A DNA stretch of 64,000 bases from the human T2T-CHM13v2.0 reference genome, Homo sapiens. Both the position numbers and the translations under genes were made by a program. Under the pieces are notes generated by a model that ran no database searches, was not told the DNA's origin, and saw only the letters and a list, made by a program, of their open reading frames with translations. Of the stretch, positions 26,160 through 42,391 are shown in pieces. How positions within the stretch are numbered: position 1 is the first letter of the stretch; each line of letters starts with the position of its first letter. The stretch lies in the NCBI RefSeq assembly GCF_009914755.1, contig NC_060938.1. One strand, 5' to 3'.

Positions 26160-26232
26160 ATGGATGGTGGAAGGATGGAGGGAAGAAGGGAGGGAGGAAT
26201 GGATACATGGATGGATGGATGGATGGATGGAT
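26160..26232. repeat. (GGAT)n-type repeat
   Basis: Direct reading. Confidence 0.85.
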
Positions 26233-26242
26233 TGGTGGGTAG

Positions 26243-26452
<210 letters not shown>

Positions 26453-26599
26453 TGAGACCTCTCCTTGCTGGTTGCTCGTGCCTGGGACTGGTCCTCCACC
26501 CTGTGGTCCTTCTGGTCTCTGATGTAGGGGAAGGACCACACAGGCCTGAAATTAGTTCCCACCTGGGATGTTCCCTGGCTCCAGACGTGCATGTGCCTC

Positions 26600-27112
26600 T
26601 GTTACGGAAAGGGGTCCCAATCCAGGGCCCAAGAGAGGGTTCTTGGATCTCACGTAAGAAAGAAATCGGGGGAAGTCCATAGAGTAAAGTGAAAGTAAAG
26701 GAATAGAAGAATGGCCACTCCATAGACAGAGCAGTCCCGAGGGCTGCTGGTTGCCCACTTTTATGATTATTTCTTGATGATATGCTAAACAAGGGGTGGA
26801 TTATTCATGCCTCCCCTTTTTGGACCATATAGGGTAACTTCCTGACGTTGCCATGGCATTTGTAAACTGTCATGGTGCTGGTGGGAGTGTAGCAGTGAGG
26901 ACGACCAGAGGCCGTCTTGGTTGTGGTGGGTTTTAGCCGGCTTCTTTACTGCAAACTGTTTTATCAGCAAAGTCTGTATTTTGTGCCGGCCTCCTATCTC
27001 ATCCTGTGACAGAATGCCTTAACTGTCTGGGAATGCAACCCAGTAGGTTTCAGCCTTATTTTACCCAGCTCTTATTTAAGATGGAGTTGCTCTGGTTCAC
27101 AGGCATCTGACA
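26600..27112 (-). mobile_element. MER41A-type ERV1 solo LTR
   Basis: TG...CA ends, TSD CCTC; reverse strand begins TGTCAGATGCCTGTGAACCAGAGCAACTCCATCTT. Confidence 0.9.
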
Positions 27113-28158
27113 CCTCCTCATGCGTCTTCACCTCTCTGAGCTCCCGTTTGTTCCTATGGAAAATGGAAGTAGTGGCCCCTTTCTTCCTCTTACCCCCACC
27201 TCACCCTCACCCTGGGTAAGGTTGCCATGAGCTTTAGTCTAATAACATGGGTAAGCGTCCATGCCGGTTAGCCGGCCAGGAAGGATCTGGAATGTTGGAA
27301 ATGCAGGCAGGTGTGGAAGAGAGCCTCCCCAGAGACCTCCCCTGGCCTGGAGCTCCTGATGGCAAATGGATTTGGGCCATTCAATGAAACCACATAATTA
27401 TTTCAAAGCGGGTGGACACAGCCTTCTTGCCGGTTAGTGGGTCCTGAATCTAGGCACTTGTCAATGCAAGGGACAGAGTGGGAGGGGAGAGGAAGAGGGG
27501 CCTGGAGACTGGATCCTGCTCCAGCCTCCTGCTTTTGTCCTTGGCCCCGGGTTGTTCCTGGACAAAAGCCCAGGGGCCCCCAGTGGGCCCTAATGGATGC
27601 TTATTGGGGTTGCTAGGCAACGCCCACCCAGGGGCCTTTGGAGGGGTGTCCCCTGCCCGGCTCAGTGCCCAGAGCCCCCAGGGCTGTGTCTGGGAAACCT
27701 TTGTTGAACCGTCAGAATCTGAATTTCCAAAAAGGCAGCCCCCAGCCCCCACAGCCATTCCTAAGCCCTCTGGGCCCTTGAAAGCCCTTTCTTTTGGTCA
27801 GTAGGGGGTTAATGTGTTTTAGAAGCAGGGGTGCCCCTCCCTCACAGAGGCAGGGCCTGGAAGGAAGGTACAGTTCCCAAAAGGCTGTTCCTCAGCCCTC
27901 TGAGTGACACCCGAGTGTGGAAAACCAGGAGGAGGCACCAGTGAGACTGGCGGCCCAGGGACAGCTCTGGCAGTGGCCTCTGGACAGCACAGAGCCCGGA
28001 GCCCTGGGGTCCAACGCAAACAAACCTTGCCCCTGCCCTCAGCTCCCACTTCTGCTTCTCTAATTGTTCCAACACTTGCAAATTACAAAACAAGTACCTC
28101 TGCTGGCCCAGTGTGCTCTAGGGACAGTCCACACCACAGAGACCAGGAAGGTGGCTCA

Positions 28159-29767
<1,609 letters not shown>

Positions 29768-31577
29768 GCAGCCCTGGGCGGGCTTGGCAGCATCCGCAGG
29801 GGCTCCCTGTGTGTGCAGAGGGTTGGGGGCTACAGCTCCCAGCAGATCACGGCTGGAAGGGGCCTTGCAGTCTGCCTGGTCCAGCCTTGTCATTTTACCA
29901 ATGGGGAAACTGTGGCTGACTATGAACGCCTGGTTATGGAGGAGGGGCACCATGCCCAGCCTGGCCCCTGGACACCTCCCAGAGTGGGGCCTTAAGGTCG
30001 GTTGGCCAGATGAACCAGGGAGTTCCTCAAGGGGTTGGAACAGAGGAGACCAGGGCTGCTCCTGGTGGCTCACTCCAGAAAGAGGCCCAGAGGGGAGTGG
30101 ACGGCCCAAGGCTGTGTGGCCAATTTAGGGCTGTGCCCATGGACTTCTCAGCAGGGACATTCCACCCGGGGACCCCCAATGCTGCAGGCTGCATCATCAC
30201 CATGTGTGCCTACAGCTCCTCCCCCGACCTCCCCAGTGGGGCTGGTGCCCCTGGGTTGGGGGGTCAGGGGCCATTGACCACTCAGCGTACTGCTCTCCTC
30301 ATCCCCCAGCCCCATCACAGCTGGGTCTACCCTGGTTACACAAGTTACCCCTCAAGTGCCTTCCCTTTGCACTTCCCAAGTTTCCTGTGCCTTGCTTCTC
30401 AGACCCCACCCCCATGCAGCCCTCCCTGACTGCACCTGTCCCCAGGGATATGCTTTCCTCCAACCTATTACCAAGCTGTCCGTCTCAGCCTCTCCGTGGG
30501 GAAACCCCCCTCCCTGCCCCCAGTCCAGCTGAGCTCTCTGCTATCCTTTTACAAGGACAGAGGTATTAGCATGGCTGAACCCTCAGGATGAGCCATGTGT
30601 GCCTTGTGTCTGGGCTCCCAGCCACCATGCATCCAATATTGGTGTGGGGCTGGGGCAGCAGACTTTCCTGAGTTCTGGTCCTGGCTTAACCATTCACTAG
30701 CTGTGTGACTTAGGACAAGTCACTTGACTTCTCTGAGCCTCTTTTTTTTTTTTCTCAGCTGTGAGGTAGGAATAATGCAGCCTATTTTCTGGTCATAGGT
30801 GCCCCTGGCAGCAGGGGTTGGGAGGGAGGATTGGAGTGGGAGGAGCAGGGAGAACCCACGTTCCCTGAGACAGTCCTCAGCACCAGGGGCTCAGAACTCC
30901 AACGGTTACATTTTCAGCGCAGCTCTGAGATGGGGAGAAGTTGAGGCTTAGAATGGGACCATCACACAGCTGCTGGAGATCACAGGGGGCCAAGCAGAGG
31001 GGCTAGGACCTACACTCCCAGCCACGTACTCTGCTCCTGCCTGGGAGGTGCTTGTTGTCAGCAGAGAGACACCCTGGCCTCGAGGACCTGGCAGGGCCCA
31101 AATCCCGGATGACGCCTGCAATCATAGCTAGCTAATGCTGATGAAGCACACGCTCTGCGCTCTTCAGTCCTTATAACAGCCCAATGAGGCATGCCCATTT
31201 TAGAGATGAGGAAGCTGAGGCTCAGAGAGCCACATGTGCCTGCGGGTCCCCTGGAAGCAGTTGGGGAGCTGGGCTGTAGCCCCCTCATGTGCGCCCAGAG
31301 GTGTGTGGGGCTGGGCATGAAACCCAGGTAGGTGACAGGGGTGGCGCTGGGTCACCGGGAAAAGGCAAGAGCAGAGATCTGAGCCTGGGTGGGTCTAGGC
31401 AGAGTGCCTGACACCCGGAAGACCAGGCTCCAGAGGCCCTTGGGTACAACCCAACTCCTCACCCAGCCTCACTTCCTCTTTCTGGGGACTGGACAGCTAG
31501 ACTGAGCTGGGATGCCTCACGTGATGGCTAGCTGGGGTTGGGGTCTATTTCCAAGCCTGCAGGGAGCCGGGTGGTGA

Positions 31578-31724
<147 letters not shown>

Positions 31725-32251
31725 TGAGTCCCAGCCTCCAGGACAGGGAGCTCCTGCTGTCTGTCAGGCCTCTTAGCTCCACGGGCTTGTCCCCTCCGCC
31801 TCGCCCTCAGGTGGGTGGTATTAATCCCCATTTTCAGACAAGAACCCTGAGGCCCAGAGAGGGACGTGATTTGCCTCAGTTCCTCCGGCAAGGGGCAGAC
31901 CCAGGATTCAGACCCGGGTCTGCACGCCTCAAAGCACAGGTCTATTAGGATAGGAGGGAGCTGGAGAGGTGACTGGGGCCGCGGGCCGAGGCTTCACTTG
32001 GCTTTCTTGCCTGGCCCGCCCTCCCTGCGTCTTCCTCCTGTCTAGCAGGCCCCTCATTCCTCATTTCCTGGGCTGCCCCTGCACCCCCACACCCCAGCCC
32101 CCAATTTGCCTCTGTGATGCCTCCCAGATGACACCCTGATCCCTGTGTGTCCCCGCCCCGTGCCTGCCCTTCCTCCTGTGGTCCATCTTCCACTGGGGAA
32201 AACACATTGGGGCTCCCTTCGCCGGCTCCATCTCCCCGGCTTCCCTTCTAG

Positions 32252-32348
32252 CTGTAAGGCCAGAAGCGCCATGCCCGGCTATGTCCCAGCTCCTTCCGTG
32301 TGCAGCTCATTGACGTCTCAGCCGTTCATTTTACAGTGGTGGAAATGA
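32252..32348 (+). CDS. HHIPL1: HHIPL1 alternative terminal exon (608-aa short isoform)
   Basis: Acceptor ttcccttctag|C, phase-compatible with exon 7; CKARSAMPGYVPAPSVCSSLTSQPFILQWWK*; total 1827 nt = 608 aa + stop, matching the short isoform length as I recall it; AATAAA at 32673. Confidence 0.85.
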
Positions 32349-32672
32349 GCACAAAGACACGAAGTCATGGGCCTGGGGCCCAGGGCCAAGGTGGGGCCCA
32401 GGCCACTGGCTCCAGAGCCCTGCCCTAACCCCTTGGCTGTGTGCCTTCACCTCACCCTCTTCAAGCACCTTCCCCAACCCACGTTGCCCTCCAGGCCTCT
32501 GTCCAGCCCTTCCTCAGCTCTCATCACTCAGACTTGGTAATCCCTGGGCTACACGACTGACTCTCTCCCAGCTGCTCTGGGAGTCTCAGGGCCAAGCCTG
32601 TATCTCTTCACTCTGCAGAGGCCGCCCAGGTGCTGGGAATGGCACGGAGCAGAGACTCAGGAACACTTGATG

Positions 32673-32678
32673 AATAAA
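32673..32678 (+). terminator. Poly(A) signal for the short HHIPL1 isoform
   Basis: AATAAA about 325 nt after the alternative-exon stop codon. Confidence 0.6.
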
Positions 32679-33065
32679 TGAGTGATCAGCTTTCTAAGCT
32701 GCTTCTCAGCCCTTAGATTTTCGCTTCTCTGCTGGCTTCCACAGCAGTCTGAACGTCTCTTCAACACTGGGTACGGACACAGCTTGTACTTGTCTCTAAC
32801 GCAAGGCCTGAGGTTGCACTCCGAGAATCCACACCTTTGGCAGACTCTAGGAGTCCCCACTGTGTTTAGTTACCCTAAACTTTGAGACACACCAGGTTTG
32901 GGAAAATCCTGAAACAAGCTGGCATGTTTCACGTTCTTGGGAGGCAGATGGGAGGAGTTCAAGTCCAGCCCGGGCAACACAGGGAGAACTTGTCTCTAAA
33001 AAAATTAATTAATTTTACAAAAAGAAAAATTCTAAAACACTTATTGTGCTTAAAATCTTTTACAC

Positions 33066-33830
<765 letters not shown>

Positions 33831-35671
33831 CTCCACACTCTTTTTCAAAGGATGTTTCTAGTTGTTCCCCAATGCCCTTTTCCTGTTCCAGGATCCTGTG
33901 TTGCCTTTAGTGGTTGCGTCTGCTTAGCTTTCCCCTGTTTGTGTCAGCTTCTCACTTTCCTTGTTTACCAGACTTTTTTTTTTCTTGTTTAAGAGCACAC
34001 ATAAATTATTGACATGACTTTTTATCAAATAAAACATAATCACTTCCTGCTTCCATCCCTTCCTTCTCATTTCCCTGAGGTCCCATCCATTGTTATCTAT
34101 GCAGCGCCAGGATTTATGTGGTTGTATTTGGATCACACGCAGACTTGGTTCTTTTTCCTTCATTTATGCCCATTTTGTCTAAACGTTGCAAACATCGCCC
34201 TCCAAAAAACCATTTCTAATGGCTGCTTGATTTTCTGCTGAGTCGCTATAACCCATTCCTTGGAATTTTAGGTTATTTCCAATTTTCAAAAAAGAATGCT
34301 CCTCTGAGGAAATGCTACATATACCAAGTGAGTGCCTAATTCATGCCAGATGTTGCCTTAGAGCCATCATCTTCGGTTTTTCCAATCCCGTTTCCCTATT
34401 GGCTTGTTGTCCCCATGTCATAGAGAGGGACCCCAACGAGACTTAAGGAGTTCTCTCGCTCACGGTCTTGTGTTAGGAGCCAGAAGTGGGCTAGATTCCT
34501 CCTCCCGCCCTGACCCTTCTCCCTTCATTCTCCTGTCTTGGAATAACTGTTTCTTTGCACCCACACATATTACACAGAGGTCCCATTATAGTACATTTGG
34601 AAAATGAAATAAATGGGGAGTGGAGGAGGTAGGGTCAGGTCATCTGTTACTACCCACACGTAACCACTGTGGCATTTTGGGGTGGATATCCTACCCTTTT
34701 GCATAACAAAGACTTTTAATGCAATTTCCTTAAGGAACAAAAGCCCCACTGGGTCTGTCTGAAGTGTGTGGATGTTCTCTGGAGGTCAGAGCAAGAAAAA
34801 AACCTCGCTTTTCCTGCAGCTTTGAGAAGCGTATGTGCCTGGTTGTGTTTCTGCAGCCTCTGGGGACAAAGACCCTTGTCCCTCTTTTGTGTCCCTCTTC
34901 GGCCAAGCCTGTCTGGAGGCCACTCCGTGTCACGTGGCTGCTTCACCCCTTGGCCTTTCCACTGGAATCCTATTGAAGTCGTGGGCCCACGTGGGTCTGT
35001 CCTGGAATGGGGTCATTCCCAAAGAATCACAGATCGACGGCCAAAAACTAATTAAAACGGAATTCCATTCCCTATTGTGCCCTTAAAAATGTCAAAGGAG
35101 ACCCAATTCCTAGCCCTGGCACCCTTCTCTGACTCTTTTGTCTCCCTGCTCTCTCACACCCCACATGCCAAGGCCCCAAATCCCTCAGCTCTGCCTCCAG
35201 GCACAAGGCTTGCTTTCCTTACCACCCCCGCCGCCCCCGTCCTTTAGGTGGTTCCAGGCAGAGGAGCCTCTCAGATCCTGCATCAGAAATCCAGGAACCA
35301 GAGGGGCAGAGAGAGACCCTCCTCAAAGGCTGTAGGGCTGGTGGGAGAGGGTGGCGGGCAGGAATCAGGCTGCATTTCAGGAATCAGACGGCAGGCTGGG
35401 GGAGGAGAGAGACTGGCATTTGTTCACACCCTGAGGACAGAGTCCATGCTCTGGATTAGAAATGTCCTGGGAAAGAGTAAGCCTCCAGCCCTGGTGCTAT
35501 TCCAGCAGAGGCTGAGCGTGCAGCCGGTAGGCTGTTATAGGGGATTTATGCCCTGGAGCTCTTAGAATCCTGGGGGCATGGAGTGGGCAGGGAAGCTGCA
35601 GGCCACACAGTAGGTGCATGGTGAATGGCCGCCTGTTACTATCGTTGCTGTTCATACCTGCCTCACTGTAG

Positions 35672-35842
<171 letters not shown>

Positions 35843-36954
35843 TGAGGGTTGGGGGAGAGATCCCGCAGCCCACAACGGCTGCCTTTCCAGCCAGACTCGG
35901 GTCTTACCAGCTGGACCTAGATGCCCCTCTTCAGCCCCTGTGCCTAGCACTGTGCCTGGCACACATTAGACATGGTGGTAAGGTGGATGGGACTTTAACT
36001 AAACTGGGTCTTGCTTGATTGGTCACAATTCCTTAAACCAAGAGAGAAATAGCTGGTGCCAGGCAAGGTACTCTGTGAGTTCTTGGGAGGGACAGAGAAA
36101 GAGGATGTATCTGTGTGTAAGCAAGGGAGACCGGAAGAGTTGTTTGTGGGAGGGGCTGGCATATGGGCTGGGCCTTCATAGATTGTTGACAAGCCTGATG
36201 AGGAGAGACGACAGAGCAGGGCCACAAATGACTGCCCATGGGGCCTGGGACTGGGGGAAGGGGATGCCCCAGGCTGGGGCTGTTCCCCTGGGCCCAAGTT
36301 AGGTGGGAACAAAGACCCTGTGTTGCCAGGTCTTCCAATTCTTCAGAGAAGCAGAAAATCCCCCCATCCACTCATTCACCACGGACACGTGCCCCGCCCT
36401 GGGGATACAGCACACGGCGAGACACTGCAGTCCTCGCCTTCTCAGCCTGTTAGGTACAACCTCCCAATTCAAAGTGTTGGCGACTAGTTCAGAATTTTAA
36501 AAACCACTCCGCGAGCTAAGGAAAATATTTCAGCAGGCCAAGTGGGCTCAGCAGGCCACCCATTGGCAGACTGGGTGTGTATGGGGGTGGGGAGGGCAAG
36601 AAGAGAGGGAGGCTAGGCACCTGGGCTGAAGAGGTACCCGGGTAGAGGGGGAAGGGTCTGAGCTCAGTGATTTTGGAAGTGAGTTCTGGCCACAGTTGGT
36701 TTCAGGGCTTGGTGAGTTTTTCATTTACTCATTCAGCAGTTTCTGGCACTTTTGTTAGTTACTGGCTCCATGCTGGATGCCAGAGCCACAGTGAGAAGTC
36801 AGACTAGGCCCTGTTCTGGCTGGGACGGACAGAGATGTCATTTACTGTCCAAGGCCTTGTGATCGAAGTGTGTGCCAGGTACCGTGAGGACCCACCCAGA
36901 ACAGTGGAGACTGGGGTTGGGGGTAGGGGTTCCTGGAGTCTGAAAAGAAGAGGA

Positions 36955-37410
36955 AGGGTGCACCAATAGGGGGTTGCACTGAGGGGGGTGGCAGCTAGGG
37001 GGATGGCACTGAGTGGGTATGGCACTGAGGGGGGTACACCTGGAGGGGGTGCACTGAGGGGGATGGCATGGAGGGGGGGTGCACTGAGGGGGGTGGCACA
37101 GAGGGGGTGGTGCACTGAGGGGGTTGGCACAGAGGGGGTGGTGCACTGAGGGGGGTGCACCTGGAGGGGTTGCACTGAGGGGGGTGGAATGGAGGGGGGT
37201 GCACTGAGGGGGTGGCACGGAGGGGGTGGTGCATTAAGGGGGGTGGCATGGAGGGGGGGTGCACTGAGGGGGGCGGCATGGAGGGGGGGTGCACAGAGTT
37301 GGGGGATGCACCCAGGCAGGTTGCACGGGGGGGTGCACCTGGGGGAGTGCACTGAGGGGGGCTGGCACCAAGAGGGAGGTTCACTCAGGAGGGTGCACCG
37401 AGGGGGGTGG
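36955..37410. repeat. G-rich minisatellite (GCACTGAGGGGGGTGGCA-like core)
   Basis: More than a dozen degenerate units containing G4-G7 runs. Confidence 0.92.
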
Positions 37411-38408
37411 CAGTGCAGGCAGAGGGAACAGCAAGAGCCACAGTGGGAGAGGTGAGGCAGCCTGAGGAGCAGGAGGTGGGGGCCAGGGGCCAGGGTGCAG
37501 GGACAGGGAGCGCCTTGCCCATGTCATGGTGCTCTGGGCCCTGGCCTGTGCTTGGCCTTGTGCTGAGAGGCCCTTTCTCAGCTCTCTCTCAGTGGTTTTC
37601 AAAGTGGGACTGGCTGAAGTGGGGCGGGATTAAAGAGGTTTGGCCTGGTGGCCCCAGGATCCTCCCCATAGTAATTGAACAGTCTTGGGCTGTGACGCAT
37701 GGCAGTGCCCAGTGCCTGGCACTGCACCTGTGTGGAGTAGAGCTGGGCACAGCAAAGTGTAGATTGAGGTCTATCCCTGTGGCTGACCTGGGCCAAGCGT
37801 GTCCCCACATTCTGCAGAGACAAAGGAAATCACCTGCCTCAGCTCCCTAGCACCGACTGCACCCAGGCTCTGTGGTGGGGTATAGGGGCTCTGCCTTGTT
37901 CCCCAGACACAACCAGAGTTCCCCCATCGTACCCGCTGTGACAACCCGCTGGTGCCAACCTTGGGAACCAGGAGGAAAGAGATTCACCCTGACCCCAGGG
38001 ATCCCTGTGTGTATCCCGTTCCCAACCTGCTGGCCACTGGCCACCACAGACCCGCAGCAGTTTTTACCCATCTGTGGGCCTCAGCTTCCTCACCCTCACA
38101 ACCAAGGCCTGGAAGATGAAACGGTGACTTTCTCTTAGAAGCCTTCCCAGACACTCCTTCCTTTCATTGCCTTCCAGAGTTATGAAGTGCCAGGAGCTGG
38201 CTCCCCCACCAACCTAGGGACTCCTGGGAAGGTGGGGCTTGGGGTAGGGAGACGCAGCAACAGCAGACTGGCACAAAGCAGTTGATAGTGTTTGCTGTAT
38301 GACTGAAAAAGCCCCTGGCCCCTGAGTCCAGGCCGGCATCTTGCTGGGTCCGGGTGACCTGGGAAGCACGACTGGGAGCGCAGGCGGCATCCCGTCTTCT
38401 GGGTGTGA

Positions 38409-39077
<669 letters not shown>

Positions 39078-41396
39078 GCAACACGCCGCTGCCCCAGGCC
39101 ATCCCGCCGGCGGGGGAGCCTGGCAGGGGCCGCTCCGCCCTGTGTGCGCCCAGCGGGTGCACACGTGTTCTAGAGTGAAGGGGGTGCGGGTGTGTGCTGT
39201 CCTGGGGACATGTGTGAGGCGCTGCAGTGCATGTGTGTCCTCTGCAGACCCAAGGCAGGAGTGTGTGTTGGGGGCGGTGTGGGCTCTGGAAGTGCATGGT
39301 CCATCATGGGCGGGAGGAGTTCCTTTCTTACCTCCAAGCGTTTCAGACACCAGCAGGAACAGCAGCCGGGCTGTGGGACCCTGAGGAGGGAGGGCAGCCA
39401 GGCTTCGAGGACGGACATGGCCCCTGGCTGTGCTAACAGAGGCACAGCTTGCAGACTGAGGGCGGTGGGGAGAACCAGGCTTGTCCTGCCCACAGCTGGA
39501 ATGGAAGGTGCAAGAACAGCCGGAGGGTGGCCTGAGGAATGTGGCCCGGACAGCATGGCCTGGTGCCCGCATCCCCCCCACCCCCTGGCAGTCAGAGGCG
39601 CTGGAGAGAACCGGAAGGCATCCAGTGGGGAAGGGAAAGCCTTCTGGAAGGTGGGAGCAGGGTGAGCTGCAGGCCTGGGGCCCCACTGGAGGGGCAGGCT
39701 GCGTGGAGGAGCCAGCACCTGCTCAGGGAGGATGGCTGTGAGGACTGGATGACCTCCAAGGCCGTATGCTGGAGAAGCCACTCAGCAGCATACTCAGTCC
39801 TTGTGGGTGCTCCTGGGATGGGACCAGCCTCCTCCAACCCTGAGGCCTGATTCTCTCTTGCTCTTGGGGCAGAAGCCACCCACACTAGCTGGGCAGAGCT
39901 TTCACCCTGGCCCTCCAGTGAGTCGGTGGGCCTCCACTACTTTCAAAGCTGTGTTTGGGCCCTGGGGCCACCTCTGTCCTTTCCATCCCCATCCCTGCTC
40001 AGTGTAAACCCAGGAGACCTGATTCCTCCAGCCCTACCTCGGGGCTGACCAGGCTGGGGGTCCAGTGAAACTACTGACACTTTTTCACCCAGGGCTATGC
40101 CAATAATGTGGCTGTTTACACACCACTTTCCTGCCTCCTCTCTGACCTGCACCTGTGTGGGAGCCGGGGTGGGAACCAGGAGAAAGGGGTGAGGCCTCCC
40201 GCTTCCCACCTGCATCACAGGTGGAAGCTCCTTCACTCCAGGGATGCTCGGCCCTGGCTCTGTGCCAGGCCGCAGAGGGGCACTTAGTATGACTGCGCTC
40301 AGCCTCGGATGGGAGCACGGGTGGGGGTGGGTAAGCAGATGAGTCACCAGGCAGTGAGGACAGGATGTGGCCCATGTCGGGGGTTGGAAGAGGTCTGGGT
40401 GGGGCACCCAAACCCAACCTATGGGGGGGCTTTGGGAGGGGGTGATGCTGTGCCAAGTTCTGGGAGCTGGCACCAGGGGTGGCTGGGCAGGCCTTGGGGC
40501 AGGCATGAGTCTGGCAGGGTCTCCTAGCTGCTAGTATAGGGTCTCCTAGCCACTAGTATAGGATCCTGGGCTGCAGCAGAAAGCTTTAGGTCACTGTCTT
40601 GGACTCCTCATACTCTGTGCTTTACAGAATGGGAAACTGAGGCACACAGAGGTTAGATATCTTAGGGCACCAAGCCAGGGAAGGGAGAAGTCAAGTTTGA
40701 ATACAGCAGCTTAGTTTAGAGTCCCCGCACCCTAACCACTGCCCTCCCCAGCTCCACTATGCCTGCAGAGAGCGGTGTGCTGGGGCTCCTGCCTGGTGTG
40801 GGAGTGCCAGCCTGGCTGGGAAGCAGCTGATGGAGATCCCTGGGGGCTCCTCTTGCCTGGCAGGTGCCCCCGCTGCTGGCCTCATGCTCCTCTCGGGCCT
40901 CCAGTGGCCCAGGGGAGGTTGAGTGGGCATCTTCCTGGGATGCAGGGGAGTTCTGAGCTCTGACGCCGGGCGTGTTAGGAGATAGCAGGCCGTTAATGAC
41001 CATCCCAGCCGAATTCCTCACTGTGCAGATGAGGAAGTGAGCTCAGGGAGGCTGAGTGTCCCAGGCCTGTTGCCAGATGAGGCCACGCTGAGACTGGAGC
41101 CAGGGAAGGTGCAGCAAGCCTTGAGGCCCTCAAGAATGCAGCCGAGCCAGGGCCCTGCTTGCCTGGCCCCAGAAGCTGTTTTGCTCAGAGCTGGATTAGG
41201 AGGGTTGGCAAAGGGAGCTCTGGGTGCGGCCTCAGGCCCTCCAGTACTTCTCTGGGCAGTTCGGGCTTTGGCCTTCAGTCTTCCAGGCCAGGCGCTCTTC
41301 CTCCCCAGCCTCCAACTCATCACCTCTCAGGCCCCAAACCAGGCCTGGGCTAGGCTGCAGCCTGCCTCCTGGGGACTCACTCCACAGTCCCCAGGT

Positions 41397-41750
41397 CAGT
41401 GGTCCCCAACCTTTTTGGCATCATGGACTGGTTTCATGTAAGACAATTTTTCCATGGATGGGGGTTGGGGGGATGGTTTTGGGATGAAATGTCCCACCTC
41501 AGATCATCAGGCATTAGATTCTCATAAGGAGTTCACAGCCTAGATCCCTCGCATGCACAGTTCATAGTAGGTTTCATGTTCCTATGCGGATCTAATGCCA
41601 CTGCTGATCTGGCAGGAGGCAGAGCTCAGGTGGGAATGCTTGCTCCCCACACTACCCTGCCCCACTGCCACTCACCTCCTGCTGTGTGGCCCGGTTCCTA
41701 ACAGGCCACCCATCAGTACTGGTCCGTGGCCCAGGGTTTGGAGACCTCTG
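41397..41750. mobile_element. MER1B hAT-Charlie DNA transposon
   Basis: TIRs CAGTGGTCCCCAACC / GGTTTGGAGACCTCTG; 8-bp TSD CCCCAGGT/CCCTAGGT. Confidence 0.88.
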
Positions 41751-41777
41751 CCCTAGGTAGTAATAAGAGTGGACAGC

Positions 41778-42391
41778 TGTTATATGTAAATACTTGTTCC
41801 CCGATGCTGGAAAGAAATAGCACTAAAACATAAATTTAATTCTTTCAGCAAGGCAATTTTACTTTCTGCAGAAAGGGTGCTCATCGCAGATGGAACAATA
41901 GTGAGAGGACACCTGAACAAAGGAGGGAAGCAATTGTTAGCCCTTATGCAGTTTGTCCCTGCTACTGTGTCCTATGTCCATTGGCAGAAGCCAGACCGCA
42001 CAATCTAAACTAAAACCCGATTGGCTGTTTAAAATTTTTCTAAATAGGTAAAAGTAATGGAAGGATAAAGGAAAAGAGGAAGTTGCTTACGAAAGGACTT
42101 AGAAAAGTAATAATATTCCCAAATAAGGAAGGGGTATAGGCTGTGAGCTGGGACATGCCTGTGAGCACGTCCAGCACAGATATCTTGGTTAAAGTATAAG
42201 GACATAGAACGTACTATGTGCCTGTGAGCACGTCTAACAGTTACATAGAATAGGGCTTGACAAAGAGTTATTAGCATAAAGCAAGGAGGTTTGAAGGAAG
42301 TTCGTCTTTAAAAGAAACCATTATTTCTAACACTTACGATTTATTCTTTAACAAGAAGGGAAACTTTCAAGAGGAACTTTTACTTTCTACA
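41778..42391 (-). mobile_element. LTR10-family (ERV1) solo LTR
   Basis: TG...CA ends, perfect TSD ACAGC; reverse strand starts TGTAGAAAGTAAAAGTTCCTCTT; subfamily not resolved. Confidence 0.8.

Noticed and set aside
26780-26830. MER41 as an interferon-gamma (STAT1) enhancer
   Set aside because: The minus strand reads AAGGGGAGG directly into CATGAATAATCC, lacking the tandem TTCnnnGAA segment typical of MER41B
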